A stretch of 60,535 bases of DNA, counting the filler, from Sanchytrium tribonematis (Eukaryota), in NCBI GenBank assembly GCA_018985235.1. It is 8 parts of 8 records of this genome, joined end to end, with 100 filler letters (N's around TTAATTAATTAA, not from the genome) between each part and the next. Parts side by side here need not be neighbours in the genome. Positions count along the whole stretch, not along the records: positions 1 to 4,904 come from JADGIG010000664.1; positions 5,005 to 9,906 come from JADGIG010000665.1; positions 10,007 to 14,891 come from JADGIG010000667.1; 5 more parts are not named here. One strand, 5' to 3'. Below the pieces are notes generated by a model. That model was not told where the DNA came from. It ran no database searches and saw only the letters and a program-made list of their open reading frames with translations. Below, in pieces: positions 1 through 10,007 of this stretch. Position 1 is the first letter of the stretch; every line of letters starts with the position of its first letter. The position numbers were made by a program, and so were the translations under genes.

Positions 1-1
1 T

Positions 2-442
2 GCGAATGATGTACGGCCTAAGCAATTGACAAAATTGTTGCAAGCGCCTCAAAAGCAAAAGTTGGATGACACATCAAATGACAAATTAATTGACAAATCA
101 GTTGATAAATCAAATGATAAACCAACACCAGCATCCATTCAGCCACCCACACCCATCAAAACACCCGTCAAACCAACTAAAACTCCCATCCAACCCTCTC
201 CCATCCCAAAAATCCCAAATCCCCCTCAAATTAACCCAGATTCAAGTGATATGCCTCCATCTCATAATCCCATCCCATCTAATGAACCCAAATCATTAAA
301 TGCCCTCTTAAAACCCACATCAACTACTAAAACACCCACAACTGCAAATCATTATGGTCCCACAGATTCACAAGATCATTATTCATCTGCAAATCAATTG
401 AGAATGGGATTATTGTATGTATTTCTGATTGTAATAAATTAA
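2..442 (+). CDS. 5'-truncated Pro/Ser/Thr-rich protein with hydrophobic C-terminal tail (possible GPI-anchored surface protein)
   Basis: Frame open from base 2. Low-complexity P/T/S/K tract ending SSANQLRMGLLYVFLIVIN-stop. Confidence 0.55.
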   Translation, partial: ANDVRPKQLTKLLQAPQKQKLDDTSNDKLIDKSVDKSNDKPTPASIQPPTPIKTPVKPTKTPIQPSPIPKIPNPPQINPDSSDMPPSHNPIPSNEPKSLNALLKPTSTTKTPTTANHYGPTDSQDHYSSANQLRMGLLYVFLIVIN

Positions 443-580
443 TTTGTACTCGATTTGTCTAAAAATAATAGGAGATTTGAGATCCAATCAATATTCAAAC
501 CCAAAGAAATAGGGGATATGAGATCCAATGGGATAATTGCGATAGTCTCCTACTGCAAAATTGGTGTTTAAAAGGGTCCA

Positions 581-2290
581 ATGTCCATCCCCCGTATGTT
601 GTTGACATTGTTGGCTGTATTTGCAAATGGAGATTTGGATTTGAAGTGGGGTTATTCTGAAAGTGATCGCGTTTATAAACCATCGTCTTATGCAATTGAA
701 GCCTCTGCAGATTTCCAATCCCGTGATGGTTTCCGATTTTACGAAGTATCTTCATACTACAATGATGATGACGGGAACCCTTTTTTCTACAATGTAAGAG
801 ACCATTCGACTAATGGTAAATTATCAGAGCCATTAATCATTGCCAATGAATTAAGAATGGCAGTTGTGAGTAACGGACTGCAGAATTTCTATCCAGGTCC
901 AGTCGCATTGGATCAATTGGCGCATAAAATTAGCAAGGATGTGGATTTCAAGGAAATCGCAAAACTGGTTGGGAAGGGAACCCCTTTAAAAGAAGCCTAT
1001 AAATTGGCACGATTAGCACTCTATGATATTCATATGGTTGCTGATGATTCAGGGAGTATATTTGATTCAAGGTTTCCTGAAAGAGTAAGAGAATTGAAAG
1101 AATATTCTACCATGTTAATCAATATTGTATCTTTGTTTGACTCAAATGGATTAGATTTCTATTTCTTGAATAATTTTTGTGATGCTCAAAATGGCAAATA
1201 TAAATTCAGAAACTCAGATGAGTTTATAAGAGTATTTAATGGAATAAACAGAGGTGGATGTACTCCTACTGGTAGCACATTGAGTGACAGAGTCATTAAG
1301 CCACTATTTAGAAATATGAATCAATTTAATAAGCCAGTATTGGTGTATTTATTGACAGACGGGGTGCCAAACCACAACATTATTTACAACAGAAATGAGC
1401 GCAATGAGGCAACTAGAAATCAGCAATATTATGACGACGTCAAAGCAGGTAAGTTATTGGTTGAAAATGCATTTCTAGATGCATATGTTTTAAAAGAACA
1501 ATTTGAAATGCAACAAAATGCAATTGAATTTGTGATTGGCCAGATTGGCGATGATGCTCAAAAATGGTTAGATATGTTTGATGATTATCCAATTATCGCA
1601 CCACAAGTAGATGTAACAGACGATTTTGGTTCTGAAAAGAAGCAAGTATTTAAGAGAAATGGACACAGATTAAAGAAATGGGAGTGGGTCATGAAATATG
1701 TATTGGGTGCAATTGACGATAAGAGAGATGGATTGGATAGTTATAGAACAAAACTTCCTGCTGCTGTGGAGTATGGAACATTAAATCCTGACACATACAA
1801 TCCAGGTGCAAATTTGGATAAATACAATGAAAAAATACAAAGATTTATAAATTCAGATGGGTCAGTAGAAATTACACCTGGTTGTTGTGGATTTGGATAT
1901 AGTTCAAAGGAGATTATAGAATTGGAAAAGGAAATGAAGCAACGAATAAGAGAATATAAAATTTTGAAAGTTTATTCAGACCATTACTTAGAGAGAAGGG
2001 CCACCAGTTTAAATTGGGAAACAAATTACAGTTTAGACAGGGTCTTGTTTATAGCGTTGGCAGCAGAATTTGGCAGTAGAGAATCACAATATTTAAATGA
2101 AAATACATTTGATGTTGAACTGTATCACCCATTTACACAATATGATATGCACATTGCTAATCCTTGTGTGCACAATTATTTGCCTAAAACTGAAGAGACC
2201 AACCAGCAATTTGGAAGTGAAACCGACCCTAGTGCTCCTCTGGCATCTGAAAATATGGGTCATCGTCCACCTGCATTTGCTAAGTGGTAA
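581..2290 (+). CDS. Putative secreted von Willebrand factor A (VWA) domain protein, paralog 1
   Basis: Hydrophobic leader MLLTLLAVFA (alternative ATG 596). MIDAS DxSxS (ADDSGS), TPTG and LLTDG motifs. Confidence 0.8.
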   Translation: MSIPRMLLTLLAVFANGDLDLKWGYSESDRVYKPSSYAIEASADFQSRDGFRFYEVSSYYNDDDGNPFFYNVRDHSTNGKLSEPLIIANELRMAVVSNGLQNFYPGPVALDQLAHKISKDVDFKEIAKLVGKGTPLKEAYKLARLALYDIHMVADDSGSIFDSRFPERVRELKEYSTMLINIVSLFDSNGLDFYFLNNFCDAQNGKYKFRNSDEFIRVFNGINRGGCTPTGSTLSDRVIKPLFRNMNQFNKPVLVYLLTDGVPNHNIIYNRNERNEATRNQQYYDDVKAGKLLVENAFLDAYVLKEQFEMQQNAIEFVIGQIGDDAQKWLDMFDDYPIIAPQVDVTDDFGSEKKQVFKRNGHRLKKWEWVMKYVLGAIDDKRDGLDSYRTKLPAAVEYGTLNPDTYNPGANLDKYNEKIQRFINSDGSVEITPGCCGFGYSSKEIIELEKEMKQRIREYKILKVYSDHYLERRATSLNWETNYSLDRVLFIALAAEFGSRESQYLNENTFDVELYHPFTQYDMHIANPCVHNYLPKTEETNQQFGSETDPSAPLASENMGHRPPAFAKW

Positions 2291-2329
2291 TAAATATGAA
2301 GATTTATTTTTAATGACAGGGATTCAATA

Positions 2330-2701
2330 AATAGCTATATCAAACCACTTTTAAATGCTGAATTGTATGCAGAATTAACACTAGATTCATATAATCCAGA
2401 AATTAAAATGCAGAATGACAAGGAAAAAATGAAAGTATTGAAACAAGGTAATATTAGAATTGCAGATCCGCAAATGAGACAACGCATTAAAGAATACAGA
2501 ATATTAGAGAAATAATCTTTTAAACAATTACAACGACTTGATTTTGTGCCATATTTGAATTTAAATAATTTAAGGAAATGATTTATCAGATTATGTAAAG
2601 AATTTAATCATCGTGCATCATTGAATGAAGCATTAAATATGGATGATTATGAACCATTGAAGCAATTTTATAAATTGAGAAAGTATTTGCCAAAACAATA
2701 A
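2330..2701 (+). pseudogene. Orphan C-terminal fragment of a third VWA-family paralog
   Basis: Single-frame translation NSYIKP...DSYNP...MRQRIKEYRILEK*...*FIRLCKEFNHR...DDYEPLKQFY...YLPKQ* aligns with the C-termini of both flanking VWA genes. Two internal stops. Confidence 0.75.
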
Positions 2702-2887
2702 ATTAAAATTTGAATGAAATGAAAGTCATGATCCATTGTGAATCCATTTTGGGGGACATGATCTGTCAAATTGACTAAAAATAATAGGAGAGGTGAGATC
2801 CAATAAGTAGTGGTTTGCAATACCCAATTGACCAATCAGATAAAATTGATAGTCTCCTACTGCAAAATTGGTGTTTAAAAGGGTCCA

Positions 2888-4600
2888 ATGTCCATCCCCT
2901 ACATGTTGTTGACATTGTTGACTGTATTTGCAGTTGAATGGAGATTGCCGGCTACTTATAGTCCAGCAAATAAAGTATTGAAAGGACAGGATTCAAATGA
3001 TAATCCATATTTTGACAATGATAAACCTCAATTCTACAGTGAGGATGATATCATGGATGCAAAATCAAGAACAGATTTGCGATTTACTTCTAATGAATTA
3101 AATTATCTCATGGTGGCAAATGAGTTGCGAATGGCCATCATAAGTAATTCATTGGAAGGATTTTATCCGAATGCGGATTTGGTGGATCAATTGGCGATTC
3201 ACATTTGTGATCGTTTGGCTCGTGAAGGCCAAAATTTCAAAAGAATTGGTGATATAATTGGCGCACCACTTTTAGAAGCATATAAATTGACACGATTAGC
3301 ATTGTATGATGTACACATGGTTGCTGATGATTCTGGAAGTATCTTCAGTTTTGACCAGCGAGAAAGAGAATTGAAAGAATATTCTACCATGTTAATCAAT
3401 ATTGTATCTTTGTTTGACTCAAATGGATTAGATTTTTATTTCTTGAATCACATTTGTGATGAAAATGGTGGCAAATATAAATTTAGAAACTCAGATGAGT
3501 TTATGGAAGTATTTGGTCAAATAAACAGAAATGGTTGTACTCCTACTGGTAGCACATTAAGTGACAGAGTGATTAAGCCACTATTTGGAAATATAGATGA
3601 ATTTAATAAGCCAGTCTTGGTGTATTTATTGACAGATGGAGTGCCTTACCATGGTTTATTAGATCCAGACAGTTTAGACACACCAGCAGCCAAATTATTG
3701 GTTGAAAATGCCTTTTTAGATGCTCATGCACTCAAACTGAAATATAAAATGCCAGCAACTGCAATTGAATTTGGAATTGGACAAATTGGGACTGCTGCAA
3801 AGGAATGGTTAGATAAGTTTGATGTTCATCCAATAATTGGTGAAAATGTTGATGTGACTGGTGATTTTGACGCAGAAAAAGTACAAATTCCGGGATTAGA
3901 AGAATGGCAATGGAAATTAAAATTCATTTTGGGAGCAATTGATAACGAGTTGGATAGTTTAGATTTTGGAAAAAACAAGCTTCATAGTGCGTTGCAATTC
4001 TTTGATCTTGATGAAGATGCATTAAGCGTATTGAATCCGTTAGCAAAAGCCATGAGATATAAAACCAAAATGGAAGAGTTGGAGCAACAAGGTAGAAATA
4101 CTTTTAATGGGATTAAAAAAAAATTAAGTAATAGCGGTAGCAGTAGCAGTAGCAGCAGTAGTAGTAGTAGTGATTCTGACAACAATGGTGCGAAGCGCAG
4201 GATGACTAAGGCTTTCAGCGTTGATAAATATAAACAAGAACTTGAAAATATGGCAGACGATGCTAAATTGGATTTTGCAAGATATAGAGAATTTATCATT
4301 TTGAAGAAGTATGCTGATGCTTATTTGCTTAAGAGAACAGCGCAACTTCAAAAGAATCAAATTTTACCTTCCTTGGATTATAGTAATATTCAATATTTGT
4401 TTAAAGCATTGGCATCCGAATACAATTATCGCCAAAAGTTCTTTTCTGGTGAGAAAAGCAATTTAGACGATTACGTCCCACTGAAACACTTTTACGGAAT
4501 AATGAGTCGGAAAACTCCTCGATTTGGAAGACATAGAACGATTAAACCAGCAAAGGCAGCAGCACAGGAAGCAGCAGAGGCATATTTGCCAAGAAAATAA
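2888..4600 (+). CDS. Putative secreted VWA domain protein, paralog 2, with poly-Ser insert
   Basis: Leader MLLTLLTVFA. ADDSGS, TPTG and LLTDG motifs. Shares upstream DNA (2848-2899 = 541-592) and a 72-bp identical tract with paralog 1. Confidence 0.8.
   Translation: MSIPYMLLTLLTVFAVEWRLPATYSPANKVLKGQDSNDNPYFDNDKPQFYSEDDIMDAKSRTDLRFTSNELNYLMVANELRMAIISNSLEGFYPNADLVDQLAIHICDRLAREGQNFKRIGDIIGAPLLEAYKLTRLALYDVHMVADDSGSIFSFDQRERELKEYSTMLINIVSLFDSNGLDFYFLNHICDENGGKYKFRNSDEFMEVFGQINRNGCTPTGSTLSDRVIKPLFGNIDEFNKPVLVYLLTDGVPYHGLLDPDSLDTPAAKLLVENAFLDAHALKLKYKMPATAIEFGIGQIGTAAKEWLDKFDVHPIIGENVDVTGDFDAEKVQIPGLEEWQWKLKFILGAIDNELDSLDFGKNKLHSALQFFDLDEDALSVLNPLAKAMRYKTKMEELEQQGRNTFNGIKKKLSNSGSSSSSSSSSSSDSDNNGAKRRMTKAFSVDKYKQELENMADDAKLDFARYREFIILKKYADAYLLKRTAQLQKNQILPSLDYSNIQYLFKALASEYNYRQKFFSGEKSNLDDYVPLKHFYGIMSRKTPRFGRHRTIKPAKAAAQEAAEAYLPRK
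4130..4171 (+). repeat. (AGC/AGT)n microsatellite encoding poly-Ser
   Basis: Run of agt/agc triplets inside VWA paralog 2. Confidence 0.8.
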
Positions 4601-4740
4601 ATATGAAGTAACCATAAAACATTTACTTCTAGGCCCTAGATGGTCCTTACAACCAACAACAATTCAACACAGATTTGCCATCCAATCAAATGATCTGTTT
4701 GTACTTTTAAATCCAATTGATTCCCAAATGGACGATTAGA

Positions 4741-4904
4741 ATGTTGATTATCACGCTATACGCATTAGATCAAACAACACAACAAACCATGCTTAACATG
4801 ATTAACCAATTACGACAACAATCCAATATTGCCCCACTTGTTATATCCAATTCATTAAATGATATTGCGCAACATTATTCTGAAAAACAAGCACAATATG
4901 GAAT
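4741..4904 (+). CDS. CAP/SCP (PR-1-like) domain protein, N-terminus, truncated at contig end
   Basis: MLIITLYA leader, then MLNMINQLRQQSNIAPLVISNSLNDIAQHYS, the typical start of a CAP domain. Confidence 0.7.
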
Positions 4905-5004
4905 NNNNNNNNNNNNNNNNNNNNNNNNNNNNNNNNNNNNNNNNNNNNTTAATTAATTAANNNNNNNNNNNNNNNNNNNNNNNNNNNNNNNNNNNNNNNN
5001 NNNN
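4905..5004. other. Artificial contig linker
   Basis: 44 N + TTAATTAATTAA (stops in six frames) + 44 N. Confidence 0.98.
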
Positions 5005-5043
5005 CTGGATGGTCTTCCTAGCAAAGCTTTAGCCATAAATCCA

Positions 5044-8000
5044 ATGATGGTCCAATTCAACTTGGATCTACTTATAATTGCGGAAACAAAATTATCTAAG
5101 ACGTCATCCCATGTTACACCTGTTGTTTTTCATAGTGACACAAAGAATGGATGTTATGGCATGGCTTTTGCGCTTTATTGCAAATATGCGCAAAGACACC
5201 TTAACATCACTTCCTCTAGCCCGTATCTCTTGAATATTCAGTTTAAATCATTCAATGTCTTGGGTGTTTATATTCCATACTCCATCAATGATAAATTCAA
5301 GTTTTATCTGGATAATTTAGACAAATATGTCAATTCGTACACTTTTATGATTGGGGATTTTAACCAAATATTGAATCAGTGCTCCACAGCATCTGAGCTA
5401 AGTTTAATGGCACACTTGTTCCGAAAACAGCTTGTTTATCAGGATTTATTCAACACCGCATTTACGTTTTATAGAGAAACAAATAGAGGTATTGAACAAA
5501 CCTTTCCTGATCATTTGATTGCCCCAATTGAGCCAGAACTAAAAATTTCCAACTATGGGTCTATCCCACTACCTCTGTCCTATCATTCCCTTCTTTATTT
5601 TGATGTCTCTTGTAAGGCTTTACCGCTGCTTCCCAAAAATTCCAAATTAAAAACATATAATTTGAAATCTGATCTAAAGAGATTTGAATTTCAACATGAA
5701 ATCGACTTACAGTTCTTTAAATCTTTAAAAAATTATGAATATGAATTTAATCTTGATCAAAATATATTCCATCAATTGTCTGATGACAAACAAAAATCTA
5801 TTGTATCTGACACATTTCTACACTTACACAATATCATTGTAACATCTGCCACAAAAGCAGTGGGTAAAACTCAGGCTATCCTAGCTGAGCTATCTGATTC
5901 TCTTTTCCAACTTGGTAATCAAATTCTTCTTGATTACAATGAGGATGTTAAAGATCAAGCGAAAAAGCAGAAAAAAGAATATTTTCAAACGCGTAGCAAA
6001 AATCTTAATCAAACACCAGATTCTGAGTTTCTCAAACAAATGAAGTATTCTCGTAGACGTAAATTCCATAAAGAATCGATGCTGAATGTGAATAAGATCG
6101 ACTTTTATATCGATGAATTAAAAAGCAAATGGAATACAAATGCGGGTGATAATTTTTCAAATCATAACAAATTCCTGATTAACCATGACCAATCTCCATT
6201 CTCTTTCTCTTCTGATGACTTTGAAGTTGCGTTAGCCAATTTGTCAAATGGGAAAACTGCAGGACCAGATGAAATTGACTCAGAAATGCTCAAAAACTCA
6301 TCTATTAATTTTCAAGAAAAACTGCTAAAGTGGATAAATCTATGTTTATAGAGTGGCTGCTTACCAGAACTACTTTATAGTAGTGATCTGATAGGACTCC
6401 ATAAAAAGAGCGATGGCTCAGATTTTAAAAATCATTTCCGTTACATTTGTCTTTCTTCACATGTACGAAAGTTACTGGAAAAGATGATTTACAATAAGGC
6501 TAAATCCATATTTACTTGCTCAAACAAGCAATATGGCTATCAGCCCAATAGATCGGTGTCAGACGTGGTATTTGATGTAAACGCGAAAATCAATGATTTG
6601 AGGCAAAAGAATATTCCATTTCGTATCCGCAAACTTGATGTCAAAGGCGCATTTGATTGCCTTTCACGCAATGCCATTTATAAATTTTTGGCAGAAGCCA
6701 AATGTTCTGCAATGCTTAAAAATATAATTTGGGAATTATCTCGAATTCAAATGCTTAGATTGCGTTTGGGACAATCTACATCCCATTATATTGACACCAA
6801 CCGTGGAGTGATCCAGGGTGGTGTTTTGAGCCCTAAAATATTCGCCAAAATTCTTGACTCTTTATTTGAAGATTGGAATGAATCAAATGGGTTTATTTTT
6901 ATATTCGCAGACGATATTCTAGCCATAGAATTGTTAAAAGATACACAATATAACATTCTTGATGATATCTCAGTTCGTTTAGCAACGGTGGGTCTTGAAT
7001 TAGCTATTGAAAAATGTGAAATTGTTGGTGAGTCATTCACCAAATATCTTGGGTATTGGCTGAATAAGAACGGATTGGATATGAGATACCAGATCAAACA
7101 AAATCTTTCTAATGCGCATGGTAGGTTGGCGGAACTAGTAAAGATGGGAGTCTTCAAGAATGCGATCGAAGTTTCAAAATTGCTCCGTTGCATTGGGACC
7201 TATTTGTTGCCAATCTTGGAATTTGGATTACAAATATGGAATACTACTGCAGAGGACACTAAATCTATTGACAAATTTATCAAGAATACTATTAGAGACT
7301 ACACGGGTGTTGCCAGAATGACCCCGCTTCCTGAACTTTATAAAATGTACAGCTTTGACACATTTTACCAAAGATGGACATCTCGACACTTATCATTTCA
7401 TAATCATCGTATTTTTATTGAGCAAAGCAATGAGCAACCCATTTACTTTGAAAAGATCCCCATGACATTCAAGCAGCATCATCAAATGAGAAATATTTCA
7501 CAAGAATATCCTGGTATTAAACGCATATTTCATCGCAATCTACCCATCAAGCCTATTGATTGCCCTATATGTAATCAAACTCATCCATTTGCTAATGGAA
7601 CAGTAAAATGCCTCAAATCTTTTGTAAAGTCTCTAAACGTCCAATCTGTCACATTAAATTCATTGGATTCTACTAGAACCATGCTTGATATTGACATGTA
7701 TTTACTAAATCATAGACACGAACTGCTCAAAGATCGAGAAAGAGACATGAATTATATCTACACTGATGGCTCTTTAAATTCTTCAAGAGCCACTTGCGGC
7801 TATGTGCATATTCTTAATGATCAAATTACGTATAATGCTTGTGATATCACCCACTTATCTGTCAAATCATCTACACGTGCAGAAATCATTGCAGTGTTGT
7901 TTGCACTAGAAACAATTGAACATCGAAATTTGCCTATTCAAATATATTCTGATTCTAAATGTGCTATTAGTAACATTACTAGATTCAAGGAAGGTTGCTG

Positions 8001-8325
8001 CTTCTCCAAATTTCATAGTGCGGATTTGCTGGGATATTCTTCTATTAAAGATTTAGATTTTCAAATTGATTGGATAAAAGGGCATAATAACGACCCTGGT
8101 AATACTCTGGCTGATCTACTTTGTAAGTTAAATGTACCGACCCATGCACATCTAGATAGATACACCTCGCCAACAAACAGAGCTGCAGCTCGATTGCTCA
8201 AATCATTTGCAAAGAAACAAGGGGGGCTTATGGAAATTCTTGGGAATTCGCTGTCATGGGGTGATAGCAAGAAACTACAAATTAAGATTGTTGTGCAGTC
8301 AATTCTTAAAGAATACTTTAAATAA
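5044..8325 (+). pseudogene. LINE ORF2 (endonuclease/reverse transcriptase/RNase H) interrupted by one nonsense codon
   Basis: ORFs 5044-6351 and 6484-8325 are in the same frame. The sequence between them reads SGCLPELLYSSDLIGLHKK...FRYICLSSHVRKLLEK, which is the RT N-terminal region. Confidence 0.88.
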
Positions 8326-8330
8326 ATAAA

Positions 8331-8349
8331 GAGCAGCCTCTGGCTGCTC
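8331..8349 (+). other. 3'-terminal stem-loop of LINE family A
   Basis: GAGCAGCC-TCT-GGCTGCTC, a perfect 8-bp stem, followed by GACTTCAGT-A9. Homologous copy at 42750-42786 on the minus strand. Confidence 0.8.
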
Positions 8350-8500
8350 GACTTCAGTAAAAAAAAATTGAATAAATCAACTGAAATCAAATTATTAGCT
8401 GGTGGTGTATATCTATTTATTTCCCTTTATAATGCAGACAAGGCTGTAGACAATGCAAAGGATAAAATAAACCCCATGGTTCCCTCAGTGTGATGGAATT

Positions 8501-9365
8501 ATGCGTGTGAATGAGAAAACTATCTTTTTACAGTTTAATGAAGAAATACAAAGAAGAGCAAATGAAGCCTAAGAGCAATTAGATTTGCGATTTAGCATGG
8601 AAGATATCATGGATCAACTCTATTATTATGCAGCTGACTGGAAAAGATTGCCTACTCTCGATCAGATCAGGGTAATCTTGGAGGGTAATGAGGTTGCTCA
8701 TATTGTAAAAAGGAATCCTGAAAATTCAGACAATCCAGATGATCCAGATAATTTGGAATCCGGCATGTCAGCTGCAGATGAGCAATCAAATCAACTCAAT
8801 CTTTGTGGTAAAATTTGCAAATGGGTAAGTACAGTCCATCAACGTCATATGAATGCACACGATGAATTAGAGATATTTTTAAGAAGAATATTATCAGATC
8901 CTTTCTTAATTGTAATAATGGCAATTGGAGTCGGAGTAATTTAAGGATCTTTGTAATTGGTTCCCTCAGTGTGATGGAATTACACTTCCTGCAACAGAGG
9001 AGAAACGAGTGTACGGGTACGTACCTTCAATTTGCCACAACAAAAAGAAGAAAAGAAATGAGAGTTGTAAAATACAAAAGTGGCACGAAGAAGAAGTACC
9101 AATTGTTTATGTCGATGAAAAGGATGGCGGCAGTAAAAGTGATTTTCAGGCGTTGGTTAATCAGGGTCTTTGTCGAGCTGTAAATGCTGGTGAATTACAA
9201 GGCCCAAATGCACAAGAGCTGTGTAGTACGAAGTACAAAACAGTTGCACACATGAATTCAGGGAAAACTATTAAAGGATTGGAATTTGCTGGAGACGTTT
9301 CAGGGTTTGTAGTTGGATTTGTACTCTTCTTAAAATTTTTCAGAGCATATAGAAGAAGACATTGA
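8501..9365 (+). pseudogene. Disrupted gene of an unknown membrane/secreted family
   Basis: RVNEK... frame with an in-frame TAA near 8570 and a +1 frameshift near 8941 joins ORFs 8585-8944 and 9009-9365. Two hydrophobic segments. A 25-bp copy of the WFPQCDG-coding DNA also lies at about 8477. Confidence 0.45.
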
Positions 9366-9515
9366 ATAAATTAAGATTATGATTAGAGAGATTTGTTTAA
9401 TGTCAATAACGCAATAAAAGGGGGATTGACGCACTTATCGCACCAATCAAATGATGAGATAATGGTTTCAATTATCCCTTTGGAAGTGGAATCAAAAATT
9501 GACAAAGACCCCTTG

Positions 9516-9906
9516 ATGTTGTTGCCATTGACATTGTTGTATGCGCGTGTGAATCATAAAAATGCTCTGGATGTGACATTTGAGGTAATTGCCAACAATT
9601 GGGAACAGATTCGTGATTGTGCAAATGGTGATTCTAATGCATGTCAATTTAGATTCAGTGAGCAAGAAAAGACAGCATTATCGAATATTCAAGATAAAGT
9701 GATGCGAATTCTTGATGAAAATCCCAATCCATCTGATTTACCAAACCAGGACTTTTTGGAGAAAGTGCTACATCATGTAGAGTTTTATTTGTCAAATCCG
9801 AATGAATTGCCTAGTATTGATACAGTTGTGAGAATGATTACTGATGATGATGGACCTAAGGATGAAATGATTGGCTTGAAAAAAAGACACCTTGGGGACC
9901 CACCCG
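9516..9906 (+). CDS. Hypothetical secreted protein, truncated at contig end
   Basis: Leader MLLPLTLLYA then RVNHK, similar to the RVNEK start of the upstream pseudogene. CCAATCA at 9443. Confidence 0.55.
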
Positions 9907-10006
9907 NNNNNNNNNNNNNNNNNNNNNNNNNNNNNNNNNNNNNNNNNNNNTTAATTAATTAANNNNNNNNNNNNNNNNNNNNNNNNNNNNNNNNNNNNNN
10001 NNNNNN
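9907..10006. other. Artificial contig linker
   Basis: N44-TTAATTAATTAA-N44. Confidence 0.98.
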
Positions 10007-10007
10007 T

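Larger units (their letters stand above)
5005..8367 (+). mobile_element. Non-LTR retrotransposon (LINE family A): APE endonuclease-RT-Cys/His motif-RNase H, 5'-truncated by contig
   Basis: One frame 5005-8325 with a single TAG at 6349-6351. APE motifs (DLLIIAETK, IGDFN, PDH, SYH). RT motifs (GPDEI, QYGY, LDVKGAFD, GVIQGGVLSP, FADD, KYLG). CPICNQTH. RNase H motifs (YTDGS, RAEIIAV, SDS, WIKGH, GNTLAD). 3' hairpin and A9 tail at 8359-8367. Confidence 0.92.

Noticed and set aside
6349..6351. TAA/TAG reassigned to Gln (as in ciliates and Amoeboaphelidium), suggested by in-frame TAG/TAA in the LINE, Rep and pseudogenes
   Set aside because: Conserved genes (hexokinase, ALG8, PAK, Bub3) have no internal TAR and end at TAA/TAG. 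Internal stops occur only in decayed elements.
8930..8945. 16-nt GT-AG intron that would repair the frameshift
   Set aside because: It lacks GTA, the -6 A and TAG, and is not 19 nt. A single extra T explains the shift, and the gene has another stop.
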